This document shows, piece by piece, positions 45,102 to 55,400 of a stretch of DNA of 64,000 nucleotides. The DNA lies in contig OY821641.1 in the NCBI GenBank assembly GCA_963555995.3, forward strand, positions 2,496,001 through 2,560,000, given 5' to 3'. The notes below the pieces were generated by a model. It searched no databases and was not told where the DNA came from. It was given only the letters and a program-made list of their open reading frames with translations. Position numbers and translations under genes: made by a program. Source of the stretch: Vicinamibacteria bacterium. GTDB lineage: Bacteria > Acidobacteriota > Vicinamibacteria > Marinacidobacterales > Marinacidobacteraceae. Every line of letters begins with the position of its first letter. Positions within the stretch are counted from its first letter, which is position 1.

Positions 45102-48100
45102 ATGAGTCTTCCCAAACTCGCCGTGAACCGGCCCGTCACCACCGCGATGGTGCTGCTGAGCCTGCTGGTGCTGGGAGGCATCTCGTTCAGCCGGATCCCC
45201 CTCGCCTTCCTGCCGGACGTGGACTTCCCCGGGGTCTTCGTGACCGTCCCCTACCCGAACGCCAGCCCCCGGCAGATCGAGCGCGAGATCGTGCAGCCGC
45301 TCGAGGAGGCGCTCGCCACCATCCCCGGCGCCCGCCGGATCAGCTCCACCGCCACCGCCGACAGCGCCGACCTCCAGCTCGAGTTCACGTGGGGCGAGAC
45401 GGTGGACGTGGCCCGCGCGAAGGTGTTCGAGGCTGTCGAGGACGCGCGCCCGGACCTGCCGAGCGACGTGCGGGAGATCTACGTCAACACCTTCTCGACC
45501 ACCCAGATCCCGATCGTGGAGGCGCGGATCTCCGCCTCCGGCATGGACCTCTCGGCGAACTACGACCGTCTGGAGCGCCGCATCGCCGACCCCATCCGCC
45601 GCATCCCGGGGGTCGCCCGGGTGGACCTCAACGGGGTGGAGCCGCGCGAGGTGCGGATCAACCTGCGCCTCGACCGGCTCGCCGCCCACCGCCTCGACCT
45701 CGGCGAGATCGTGGACCGCGTCTCCAACATGAACCGCAACGTCTCGCTCGGACGCATCCGGACGGACGGCGAGGTGACCCCGGTGCGCGGGTTCGGGGCC
45801 CTGTCGGCGATCGAGGAGATCGGGAGCCTGCCGCTGGACGACCAGGGCCTCTCGGTCGCCGACGTCGCCGACGTGACCTACCGGGAGCCGCCGATCCCCT
45901 TCGGCCGGCGCCTGAACGACGAGACCGCCATCGCGCTCACCGTTTACAAGAGCGCCCAGGCGAACACCGTGGAGGTCGCCACCGCGGTCACCGAGCGGAT
46001 CGAGACCGAGATCGCCAGCGACCCGTCGCTCGCCGGCATCAACCTGTTCGTCTGGGACGACCAGGCGGAGGAGATCACCTCCGGACTCGCCGGCATCCGC
46101 ACCGAGGGCCTGCTGGGCGCGATCTTCGCCGTCGTCCTCCTCTTCCTGTTCCTGCGCCGGGTGGACACCACTTCGATCATCAGCCTGACGATCCCGATGT
46201 CCATCATCGCGACCGCGATCGTCCTCTACTTCGCCGGACGCTCCCTCAACGTCCTGTCCATGATGGGCATGATGCTCGGCATCGGCCTCCTGGTGGACGA
46301 CGCCATCGTGGTCCTCGAATCCATCGTGCGCGAGCACGGCCGGGGGATCCCCGCGAAGGCGGCGGCGGTCACCGGCGCCCGGGCGGTCTCCGGGGCGGTG
46401 ATCGCCTCGACGGTCACCACCGCGGTGGTGTTCCTGCCGACGGTGGTGGGCCCGAAGAACCAGATGTCCATCTGGCTCGGGGAGATCGGCCTCGCGATCA
46501 CGCTGACCATCTTCTGCTCGCTGTTCATCTCGCTGACCCTGATCCCGCTGGTGAGTTCGCGCCTCCTCGCCAGGAAGCCCTCGGTCGCGCCCCGCTGGAC
46601 CGAGCGGCTGGGCGAGCTCTACCAACGGGTCCTGCGCTTCACCCTGCGCCGCCGCTGGATCACCGCCGGCGTCGCCGCCGCCTTCCTGGCCACCGCGGTC
46701 CTGCCGTTCTTCCTCGGGCTCTCCACCGCGATGTTCTCCGGGACCAACCGGAACCGCATCTACCTCGCCTACGAGTTCGACGACTTCCACTTCAAGGAGG
46801 ACGCCCGGCTCGCGGTGCTGGCCGTCGAACGCGAACTCGGGGACGTCCGGGAGGAACTCGGGATCGCTTCGGTGTACAGCTACTTCGCCGAGAACGAGGC
46901 GCAGACGGTGATCTCGTTCGCGGACGAACACATCTCGGACGCCGAAGGCAGGGAGATGAAGCAGCGGGTCGAGGAGGTGCTGCCCACCCTGCCCGGAACC
47001 CGGATCGTGTTCGGCGACGACGACGAGGCAACCGGCGGCGACAGCATGTTCTTCCGGGTCCGGTTCTACGGCGAGGACTCCGAGCGGCTCGCCGGGATCG
47101 CGAGCGAAGCCCAGGACCGGGTGGCCGGCGTCACCGGGGTGGCCGACATCCAGAGCGCCGGGGACAACCCCCGGAAGGAGGTGGTGGTGCGGCCGCGGAC
47201 CGAGGAAGCCGCCCGGCTCGGCATCAGCCCGCGGGACCTCGCCGAGATCTTCGGCTTCACGCTGGGCGGACGGCCGCTCCGCCGCTTCCAGACCGAGGAT
47301 CGGGAAGCCGAAGTGCTCCTCATGATGTCCCAGGCGGACGTCTCGCGGGTGGAGGACCTCCGCAACTTCACCCTGATCACCGGCGGCGGCGTCCCGATCG
47401 CGTTCGGCAACCTGGCCGACTTCGAGATCGTCGAGCGCAGCCGGACGATCCAGCGGGTGGACCGCAAGGCGGTGGCCACGCTCCGCGCCTCCTACGAGGG
47501 CGAGGCGTGGGAGGACGCCCGCGCCGCAATCGAGGAGGAGCTCGACGCCATGGCGCTCCCCGCCGGCTATTCGTGGTCGTTCGGCGAGCGGATCAACCGG
47601 CAGGACACCGACCTCCAGAACATGGCGGTGAACTACCTGCTGGCGCTCCTCCTCATCTACATCGTGATGGCGGCCCAGTTCGAGTCGCTCATCCATCCCC
47701 TCGCGATCCTGATCTCGATCCCCTACGCGCTCTGGGGCGCGTCCTGGACGCTGCTCGCCACGAACAGCCCCTTCAACCTGATGGCCCAGATCGGCATGCT
47801 CATCCTCATGGGCATCGTGGTGAAGAACGGCATCGTGCTCATTGACCACGTGAACAAGCTCCGCCGGGACGGCATGGACCGCACCGAGGCCCTCCTGGTC
47901 GGCGGCCGCGACCGCCTCCGCCCCATCCTGATGACCGCGGGCGCCACCATGCTCGCCCTCGTCCCGATGGGCATCGGCCGGACCGGGCTCGACGGCCTCT
48001 ACTACTTCCCGCTCGCCCGCACCGTCATCGGCGGCCTCGCCGCCTCCACCGTCCTGACGCTCGTCATCCTGCCCTTCTTCTACACCCTCCTCGACGACCT

Positions 48101-48182
48101 CGCCACCAAGGCCCGCCGCGTCTGGCGGGCGAGCACCCCGACGGCTGCGGTTCCAGCGGCCGAACCAGCCCAAGCCTCCTGA
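45102..48182 (+). CDS. RND efflux permease, second subunit
   Basis: NRPV, GLLVDDAIVVLE, GIVVKNGI, RLRPILMT. Confidence 0.92.
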   Translation: MSLPKLAVNRPVTTAMVLLSLLVLGGISFSRIPLAFLPDVDFPGVFVTVPYPNASPRQIEREIVQPLEEALATIPGARRISSTATADSADLQLEFTWGETVDVARAKVFEAVEDARPDLPSDVREIYVNTFSTTQIPIVEARISASGMDLSANYDRLERRIADPIRRIPGVARVDLNGVEPREVRINLRLDRLAAHRLDLGEIVDRVSNMNRNVSLGRIRTDGEVTPVRGFGALSAIEEIGSLPLDDQGLSVADVADVTYREPPIPFGRRLNDETAIALTVYKSAQANTVEVATAVTERIETEIASDPSLAGINLFVWDDQAEEITSGLAGIRTEGLLGAIFAVVLLFLFLRRVDTTSIISLTIPMSIIATAIVLYFAGRSLNVLSMMGMMLGIGLLVDDAIVVLESIVREHGRGIPAKAAAVTGARAVSGAVIASTVTTAVVFLPTVVGPKNQMSIWLGEIGLAITLTIFCSLFISLTLIPLVSSRLLARKPSVAPRWTERLGELYQRVLRFTLRRRWITAGVAAAFLATAVLPFFLGLSTAMFSGTNRNRIYLAYEFDDFHFKEDARLAVLAVERELGDVREELGIASVYSYFAENEAQTVISFADEHISDAEGREMKQRVEEVLPTLPGTRIVFGDDDEATGGDSMFFRVRFYGEDSERLAGIASEAQDRVAGVTGVADIQSAGDNPRKEVVVRPRTEEAARLGISPRDLAEIFGFTLGGRPLRRFQTEDREAEVLLMMSQADVSRVEDLRNFTLITGGGVPIAFGNLADFEIVERSRTIQRVDRKAVATLRASYEGEAWEDARAAIEEELDAMALPAGYSWSFGERINRQDTDLQNMAVNYLLALLLIYIVMAAQFESLIHPLAILISIPYALWGASWTLLATNSPFNLMAQIGMLILMGIVVKNGIVLIDHVNKLRRDGMDRTEALLVGGRDRLRPILMTAGATMLALVPMGIGRTGLDGLYYFPLARTVIGGLAASTVLTLVILPFFYTLLDDLATKARRVWRASTPTAAVPAAEPAQAS

Positions 48183-48220
48183 CCGTCAAGGACCACCCTC
48201 ACCTCGCGAACATCACACCC

Positions 48221-48353
48221 CCGGCTTGGAACGCCGGTCTCCAGACCGGCACGCGGGCCGAAGGCCCGCAACCGCACCCCCTCCACCCGGCGGCGCGACC
48301 GAAACGGCTTGGAACGCCGGTCTCCGACCGGCACCGCCCGCCGCAGGCGGGCG
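48221..48353 (-). repeat. Two REP family A variants between convergent genes
   Basis: CGGCTTGGAACGCCGGTCTCC(A)GACCGGCAC, each followed by a different GC-rich triloop hairpin. Confidence 0.78.
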
Positions 48354-48354
48354 A

Positions 48355-51300
48355 TCAGTCGGTCTCGAACCCGTGATTCCGGAACTTCAGCGTTCCGCAG
48401 TTCTCCTCCACCACCCGCCGCACGGTTTCGGGCGCCCCGCCGGGGACTTCGGCCTGGATCTCCACCGTGACCGTCACCTTGGCCTTCGGCAACGTGGTCA
48501 GGTGGTCGAGCACTTCCTCGGCCACCTTCCCGAAGTCGCGCGCCGCCCGGGCCGCGTTCAGTTCCACGGACCCGTAGAACCGGCGATGGACCTCGGGCGA
48601 CTCGGGCTCGGCATCGGGATCGGCCGAATCCGGCGCGTCCGGGGCATCGGGCTGCTCCACCTCACCCGGTTCAGCCTGGCCCCCCGTCTCCCGCGCTCGC
48701 TGGGCGAACGCCGCTTCCGGTCGCACCACCACGCTCAGGCTGCCGATCTCGACGGCGGCCCCGGCCTGTCCGACCCGGAGCCCGAGGTATTCCCCCTTCT
48801 CCTCGTCGAACCCGCCCGCGTAGGCGAAGTTCGGGCAGGTCAGCTCGGCCGCTCCCCGCGCGATCCCCTCGGCGAGCGCCTTCCGGTTCTTCAGGCGCGG
48901 CAGGTAAAGGTACGACGCGAGATCCCCAAGAAGCTGCTTCGTGCCGAGATGGTCCGCATCCCGCCAGAGCTTCCCGTCGTTCATCGCCATGCGGAGCCGG
49001 AGCGGTCCCAGCGTCGAGATCAGCTTCTCTTCCCGCACCATCGCCTTCGACATCCTGGCCGCAAGCGACGGCTCGTCGCCCGACAGCCGGGTCTCGCCCC
49101 ACGTCACCGGAGCGCCGGGACCGGCTTCGGTCGGCTCCAGCGCCACGACCCACGCCTGGGCGATCCGGCCGTCCACCGCGGTCTCGAACTCCGCGCGCTT
49201 CGCCTCCGCCTGGCGCTTCTGCGCCGGTTCGAGTTCGAGGTCGTCGTCGTCGCAGATCGAACGCCACGCCATCAGGAACCGCACGCCATCACGGACCACC
49301 TCCATCCGCCGGGAATCCGCCGCGAGGAAGAGCAGCGCGTTCCGATGGACGCGCGGCCCGCTACCGCGGCTTTCGAGGAACTCCAGCGCCCTCGGGACGG
49401 CAAGGTCCGGCTCGCCCTTCGCCGCGTGCGGGAACGCCGGTCCGAGGATCACCAGGCCGGCATCCGTCTCGTCGGGAACGTCGGCGGGCGACTCCGGCGC
49501 GATGTGGACCCGCTCGAACTCCCCGCGTCCTTTCTGCCGGCGCAGCCGCTTCACCAGCTCGGCGTCCACCTCGGCGCGCTCGATGGCGGCGGCGCGGTCG
49601 TCGGCGAGGCGCGCAACGCTCGGCCTGGTGGCGAACCAGTGCCGCGACCCGTCCTGGTAGAGGTAGGTCGCCCGGTCGGAAAGACGCCGCAGCGCGTCCC
49701 CGTAGGCGGAGACCGACTCCCCCGGCTGGGCGCAGGCGAGCCGGATCTGCCGGTCGTCAATGCCGCGGTTCCGGCCCGTCGCCGCCGGCGCGGACCCCAC
49801 GAACACCGAGCGCGCCACGCGGCGGGTGGCGGACAGCTTGCCGAACCGGGGGGACTCCCGGTCCACCTGGGCGGAGGTCGCGTGGCTGCCGTCCACGTCC
49901 TTCCCGATGACCGCGCTCCAGTTCCCTTCGAGGTATTTCAGGATCTCGGGCCGCACCGCCCCGTCGTCCAGCGGCACGAACGACGGGAGGATGAGCAGGC
50001 CCGGGTCCCCCTGTTCCCAGAGCGCCTGGATGACGGCGGCCATGAACCGCAGCACCCCGCGCGTCCGCTGGAACTTGTCGAGGCCGCCCCAGTCGTCGTA
50101 GAGCCGGTCGAAGAGTTCCGGATGGATGGGATACGCCGCCTCCATGCGGCGGCGGTAGGCGCTTTCCCCGCACCCCGCGGGGAACTCCCGTCCCCCCTTC
50201 GCATACATGGCGATGAACGCCTTGAGGACGGCGTCGCGGGAGATGTAGTCCGACTTCGCGGGCAGGGGTTCGAAGAGGCGGCGGCGGACGATCTCGAAGC
50301 CCTCCTCGGCGGTCGCCGGCAGCCACGGGGACTCCATCCGCCCGAAGGTGTTCCGCAGCCGCTCGAGCGCCTGCTGCCCCCCTTCCCCGCCGATCTCCAC
50401 CTGCGACGCGGGAAGGCTCGCGACCACCATCGCGCCGGGCGCGGCGCGCGCCGCCTCGGTGAGCGACTGCACGAAGGTCAGGTTTGCGTCGAACGACCCC
50501 GCCGCCGGCGGCTCGGGCAACCGGTACAACTGGCGAATGAAGGCGACCCATTCGTCAATGAGCACGATGCAGGGAGCCGTCTTCGAGAACAGCTCCACCA
50601 GTCGTTCCGAGCCGGGGCTCAACCCCTGCTCATCCGACCGGGCGACGACCGCGTAGCCGTCCGGCCCGCCGAGTTGCCACGCCATCTCTCCCCAGAGCGT
50701 GCGGGTCCGCGTCCCGTCCTCCTTCTCGCGCGGCTCGCTCGGCGAGAGATTCGTGCCCACCAGCACCGCCCGCCGGCCCTTCGGCAGCGCCTCCACACCG
50801 AAGTCCCGCATCAACTCCTCGACGCCGGGCAGCCGGTTCGCGCGCACCGGCCCGAACAGGTGGTAGAGCGCGAGCATCGAGTGCGTCTTGCCGCCCCCGA
50901 AGTTCGTCTGCAGCTCGATCACTGGGTCCCCGCCCGTGCCGGAAAGCCGCAGCACCGCGCTCCGGAGCAGGGAGCGGATCCCAGTGGTCAGGAAGGTGCG
51001 GCGGTAGAAGTCCTCGGGGTCGCCGTATTCGGATCGCGCCGTCCCCGCGTGCACCTGCGCGAGGTCGGCCGCGAACTGCGCCTGCTGGTAGTTCCCCGAG
51101 CGCACGTCCTCGTGCGGGACGATCACCTGCCGCCACGAGCGGAGCCCGGACTGCGGCTTCGGCTCCGCCACCCCCCGCTGCTTGACCCGGTTCCGCGCGC
51201 TCTGGTCGCTGATGATCCGCAGCAACTCCTGGCGGATGGAGTCGGCGGCGGCGGCCTGCGACGACGCGCCGACCGAGGCGAGGAGGCGCTGCGCCGTGTC

Positions 51301-51636
51301 GAGCGCCCGGTAGGTGTCCTCGGAACTGAAGGGCTTCTCGTGCGCAAAGGCGTTCCGGATCTCGCGCAGTTCGCTCACCCAGGACCGTTCGGCGTGGCCG
51401 AGGGTCTCCCGGAAGACGCTCTGCCAGTTGTCCGCCATCGCCCGCAGCACGGCCTGGCTGTCCCACTGGACCTTTCCGTCACGGTCGCGGGACAGCGCGA
51501 AGGGCCAGTTGGAATCCAGCCGCGCGTCCCAGTCCCGGCCCAGCCGGCTGCGGAGGCTCCGTTCGACGAAAGGAGCGAGACCCTCCCGCACCGCGTCCAG
51601 CGCCCGCTGCACCCGGTCGCGGTTCGTTACGGCCAT
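48355..51636 (-). CDS. DUF499 AAA+ ATPase with N-terminal Swt1-like HEPN domain
   Basis: N-terminal ELREIRNAFAHE (Rx4H); WRQVIVPHEDV, FAADL, QTNFGGGKTH, VLIDEW, YPIHPELF, FQRTRGVLR. Confidence 0.88.
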   Translation of the reverse strand: MAVTNRDRVQRALDAVREGLAPFVERSLRSRLGRDWDARLDSNWPFALSRDRDGKVQWDSQAVLRAMADNWQSVFRETLGHAERSWVSELREIRNAFAHEKPFSSEDTYRALDTAQRLLASVGASSQAAAADSIRQELLRIISDQSARNRVKQRGVAEPKPQSGLRSWRQVIVPHEDVRSGNYQQAQFAADLAQVHAGTARSEYGDPEDFYRRTFLTTGIRSLLRSAVLRLSGTGGDPVIELQTNFGGGKTHSMLALYHLFGPVRANRLPGVEELMRDFGVEALPKGRRAVLVGTNLSPSEPREKEDGTRTRTLWGEMAWQLGGPDGYAVVARSDEQGLSPGSERLVELFSKTAPCIVLIDEWVAFIRQLYRLPEPPAAGSFDANLTFVQSLTEAARAAPGAMVVASLPASQVEIGGEGGQQALERLRNTFGRMESPWLPATAEEGFEIVRRRLFEPLPAKSDYISRDAVLKAFIAMYAKGGREFPAGCGESAYRRRMEAAYPIHPELFDRLYDDWGGLDKFQRTRGVLRFMAAVIQALWEQGDPGLLILPSFVPLDDGAVRPEILKYLEGNWSAVIGKDVDGSHATSAQVDRESPRFGKLSATRRVARSVFVGSAPAATGRNRGIDDRQIRLACAQPGESVSAYGDALRRLSDRATYLYQDGSRHWFATRPSVARLADDRAAAIERAEVDAELVKRLRRQKGRGEFERVHIAPESPADVPDETDAGLVILGPAFPHAAKGEPDLAVPRALEFLESRGSGPRVHRNALLFLAADSRRMEVVRDGVRFLMAWRSICDDDDLELEPAQKRQAEAKRAEFETAVDGRIAQAWVVALEPTEAGPGAPVTWGETRLSGDEPSLAARMSKAMVREEKLISTLGPLRLRMAMNDGKLWRDADHLGTKQLLGDLASYLYLPRLKNRKALAEGIARGAAELTCPNFAYAGGFDEEKGEYLGLRVGQAGAAVEIGSLSVVVRPEAAFAQRARETGGQAEPGEVEQPDAPDAPDSADPDAEPESPEVHRRFYGSVELNAARAARDFGKVAEEVLDHLTTLPKAKVTVTVEIQAEVPGGAPETVRRVVEENCGTLKFRNHGFETD

Positions 51637-51774
51637 TTCGGGCCAGCGTACCGCCTCCGGGAAATCCGACCAACCGGTGCGGGCCAAGGAAGGGGATACC
51701 AAACAACGAGAACCACGGGCAGACAATGGACCGCCGACCTTTGGGTCGGCATCGCCCGCCTACTGGTAGGTGAA

Positions 51775-52281
51775 ATGCGTAGCGCCTATCTCGACAATGG
51801 CACCGCAACGGCGACCCCGACTATCGCGTCTCGAACGCGGACCCAACCGCGCGGAACGGAGAACTCTGGCGCCAGGCCGCGACTGGTGTTCGACGCTACC
51901 ATTCAGCGCATCCAACATTCGCTTACTACGCAGACGCGCTTCGAGCGCCGTCTTCACCTCCTCGCTGAGGAAGCGGCGGCCGAGGGGTACGCCTTCAACC
52001 CAGACTCCGAGGTGACGTTCCGCTGGTTTCTGAACCGATACCCGTTCTTGAAGGCAGGCCGGCTCTTCTTGATGGACAACGGCAATCTGCGGGCGACGTG
52101 GAAGGGCGAGCGGAAAACCCACGTCGGCCTCCAGTTCCTACCGGGTGACGCGGTTCAATACGTCATCTTCACCCGCCGACCCTCCACACGGAGAATCTCG
52201 AGTGTCCACGGGTATGACACCGTGGACGCAATTCCTCGACTCTTGGCCGCCTACGACCTCGGAGACATCTTGGAAAAATGA
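51775..52281 (+). CDS. Hypothetical protein (cargo, opposite strand)
   Basis: AGGTGA RBS; globular-looking C-terminal ~115 aa (LFLMDNGNLRATWK..HVGLQF). Confidence 0.6.
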   Translation: MRSAYLDNGTATATPTIASRTRTQPRGTENSGARPRLVFDATIQRIQHSLTTQTRFERRLHLLAEEAAAEGYAFNPDSEVTFRWFLNRYPFLKAGRLFLMDNGNLRATWKGERKTHVGLQFLPGDAVQYVIFTRRPSTRRISSVHGYDTVDAIPRLLAAYDLGDILEK

Positions 52282-52370
52282 GCGGCGTGCCCGTTCCGCC
52301 CGACGACCATATGGTTGGCTACGTGCGACCGACCGATATGACCGCTGACACGCCTCATACCAGCACGTAG
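52278..52370 (+). pseudogene. Truncated translationally coupled partner gene
   Basis: ATGA overlap with the previous stop; MSGVPVPPDDHMVGYVRP, then a stop after 30 aa. Confidence 0.4.
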
Positions 52371-52437
52371 CCGTGCGCGGCTGGGAATACGAAGCCAAGC
52401 CATCTCTCGCTCGTCTGACGAGACTCCGTCCTCGCGT

Positions 52438-55400
52438 TTACGCTTCGGCAAACCGTACCTCCGGCAGTGGGTCGGCCTCACACTCCGCCACCCAAGCGCG
52501 TACCACCTCTTCACTGTCCCATCCTCGATTCGCTAGCGCGAGCGCGAGTCGCGCGCAGTTTCGGCGAAGAACCGGCACGTCGCTCTCGTCACCGCCTATC
52601 CGGTCGTAGCGAAGCTCTTCCAGCAGGAAGCCCAGTCCCTGAATCGCCAACAATGCAACCCGGTCTCGCAACACTTCCGGCCCTTCCTTCACAAACCAGC
52701 ACGCTATGTCCAGCGCTGGCCGAAGGACGTGTCGCCGCCGAATAGCGACAATATGCCCGATTTCCTGCACCAGCTCTTCCGGAACGGCAGGCACGCGATC
52801 CGGAGCCGTGGCCGCTCCTCTCGCCCAGTGATATATCCCCCAAACCGCTCCCTCGGCGCACTCACGCGAGTCTGACGCCAACGAAGTGTGAATCATTGTG
52901 TTCATATCATTCCCGTAGTCGGGTCTTCCACTAAGGATGCCGATAACCAACGGAAGTCCAGAAACGGTCGATTCGTTCATTGCCTTGACCTTCTCAAAGA
53001 GAAGGTCGGCTGTGCGCTCTGGAACACTTACGTGAAGAAAAATCCCACACAGCGCTCGCACCTGGTTAATCCGTAAGGATTCACCAAAATTGTCTCTGAA
53101 GACCGTTACGATCTCATCGGTGCTCTTGGCCCATGTCTCCACTTTTGCCACGAATTCCCTTCGTGCGGCCTCCGGCATAGAAACTGATCTGTCTGCATTC
53201 TGAAAGTTGGAAAGTACACCGTTTACTTCCTGAAATGCGTCCAGTGCCGGAGTATCCGATGTCGCACTCAATCGTTTCCACACTTTCCAAAACCGACGAA
53301 GCGCGAGACCCGGGTCCGGCTCTGGGAGGTATACGAATGTCCACATCGGAATCCCCTTCGCCTCGGGCAATCCCTTGACCATCCGGCCCTTCGGTCTCCA
53401 GAGAGCATTCGCTACCTTCTCCTCCTCTTCGGGCGTAAAGCGACGCCACGCATTCAACAAATATGCGCGGTGAATTGCTCGCCGCCTCGCAATTTCGTCC
53501 GCGCGCAAACCGCGCACGATCAATTCCGCTGCCGCTCCCCATTCTTCCTGGATTCCCGTAGTCCTCTCTGGCGGCTTCCAATCCGCCCAAACGCCGTCGC
53601 AGGGGTCGGGGTACCTAAACGTTCCGACAAAGCCATCAAGCCCCAGAATCGGTGCGTTCAAGAGCTTCAATACCACACCTTTCTGTTCGTTCGCCGCCAA
53701 GGCCTCCCAACTACGAGATAAAAGATTCGACATCGGCGCATCGTGAAATGGATGCTTCGCATATTCCGGTCTAGAGTAGCGCTGTAGTCCGTCCATCAGA
53801 ACGGAATGCGCCGCCTCTGGTTCAAGACGGACCGCCAATCTAGACAAACATTCCATGGCAACGCGCACCCTCTCCGAGGCAACGACGCCACGATCTTCTG
53901 CCGACCCAACACTTCGGTCGTAGAACGCCAACGACCGTTCACACATGGCCTTCAGATCACCCACTACGCGCTTGGACATCGCCGCTACTCGTACACGACC
54001 AAAGACTCGGTCGAACGACTTGTCTCTGTCGTACGTCGTGATGCGTAGGCACAGACGTGCGGCTAGTTCAGGCTCGTCGGACTCCATGACCTCAAGAGCC
54101 GCGTTCATGAGGTCGGACCCCACTCTGAAATCCCATGCGGTCGGCGCAAGTCCAGCGACCTCGCAGAGTCGGACGGCCCGGTGCGCGGCGCGCCACCGCT
54201 CGTACTTCGCCGTTGACCAAGACTCACCCGATAGGACCGTTCGGTCCAGATCGAAAGGAGTCGCCTCCAGAGATTGTTTCTCGGGACGAAGGGCATTCAT
54301 AAAGAAGGATTTTTCAAGGCCCGCATCGCAATGAATTCGGCCAAGCTCACGCCAACGCCGCCAAATCCCCGGAGCCTCGTGCCCGTTGTGGCGGTACGCG
54401 TTCCCGAGCAGCGACCAGAGTAACCAGCCTTCTCTCGACGAATTCGCGAAACGCCGGCTCGAATTCGCGCCGGTCCTAAGGATCTCGAGCGTCCTTCGGA
54501 GCAAGCTCTCGGCAGCGTTCTCGTGGTGGAGTTCCAAGAGCAGACTGGCTTTCCGCATGCTCCACACCGGATCGGCATCCTCGGTTGACCATTCGTCAAG
54601 CAACGAGGCCATAGCCTTGTGGTCAAGCGAATAGGCGGTCCAGAGAGCGCGTTCGAATTGTCTTGTGTGGCCGACGTGTGGATCCTCACTGCGGAAAGGA
54701 TCAAGCAACGCAAGCAACCGGTCGAAACCAGTCTGGTCAAACCGGAGTCGAGCGGCTCTCAAAAGGAAGAACACCAGAGAGCACCATTGGTTCCAAAGCG
54801 TCGGAAGCCGACCGTCAGAGTCATGTATGCCGGTGGCGAAAAGTGAGGTCGGAACCTCCTCATCGACAAGCCGCTCGCAAGCATGCTGAAGCTCCTTCGA
54901 TGGTGGGTCCATGAGGATCGAGCGACGCCATACAATTTCGTACACTGCGGAAAGCCTCTTGGCAAAAGAGTCGGTCTCGGTAGTGCGAAGAATCGATTCC
55001 TCCCAGTGGTCCGTTGCAGACGTTAGGGAGTGTCTTTGAGATGAAGGCAGGACAAGCCAACCCGGATAGATGGACCGGTTGCGGCACCAAGTCTCCAGAG
55101 TGTTTTCTATGTCACGACGCGACGCCTCAGACGCGGCCTTTGGAAAACTGTGCCACGGATCAGCTACAGGGCTACGACTAACGATCGTGGATACCGGAAG
55201 AAGCAGTGTCGGAATCTTCGATGGTTCAGGCGGAGGCTCTGGCCATTCGGTAAGGTCGTAAGGGCGACCGTGCTCCAGGGTGCGCACAACCCACTCAGTG
55301 GCGTACCGGCCTCGGAGATGTTCGGGCCACTGGGACGCCTTTGGATGACGAGCGAGGTCAATAGGAATGACATTCCTGTCCTCCAACATCTGCCTTCGGT

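Noticed and set aside
40744-48182. RND operon lacking an outer-membrane factor as a novelty
   Set aside because: MFP plus two permeases using a TolC-like protein encoded elsewhere is a common arrangement
48226-51774. 1351-aa plus-strand ORF (48226-52281)
   Set aside because: Mostly antisense shadow of the DUF499 gene; only the part from ATG 51775 has an RBS and looks protein-like
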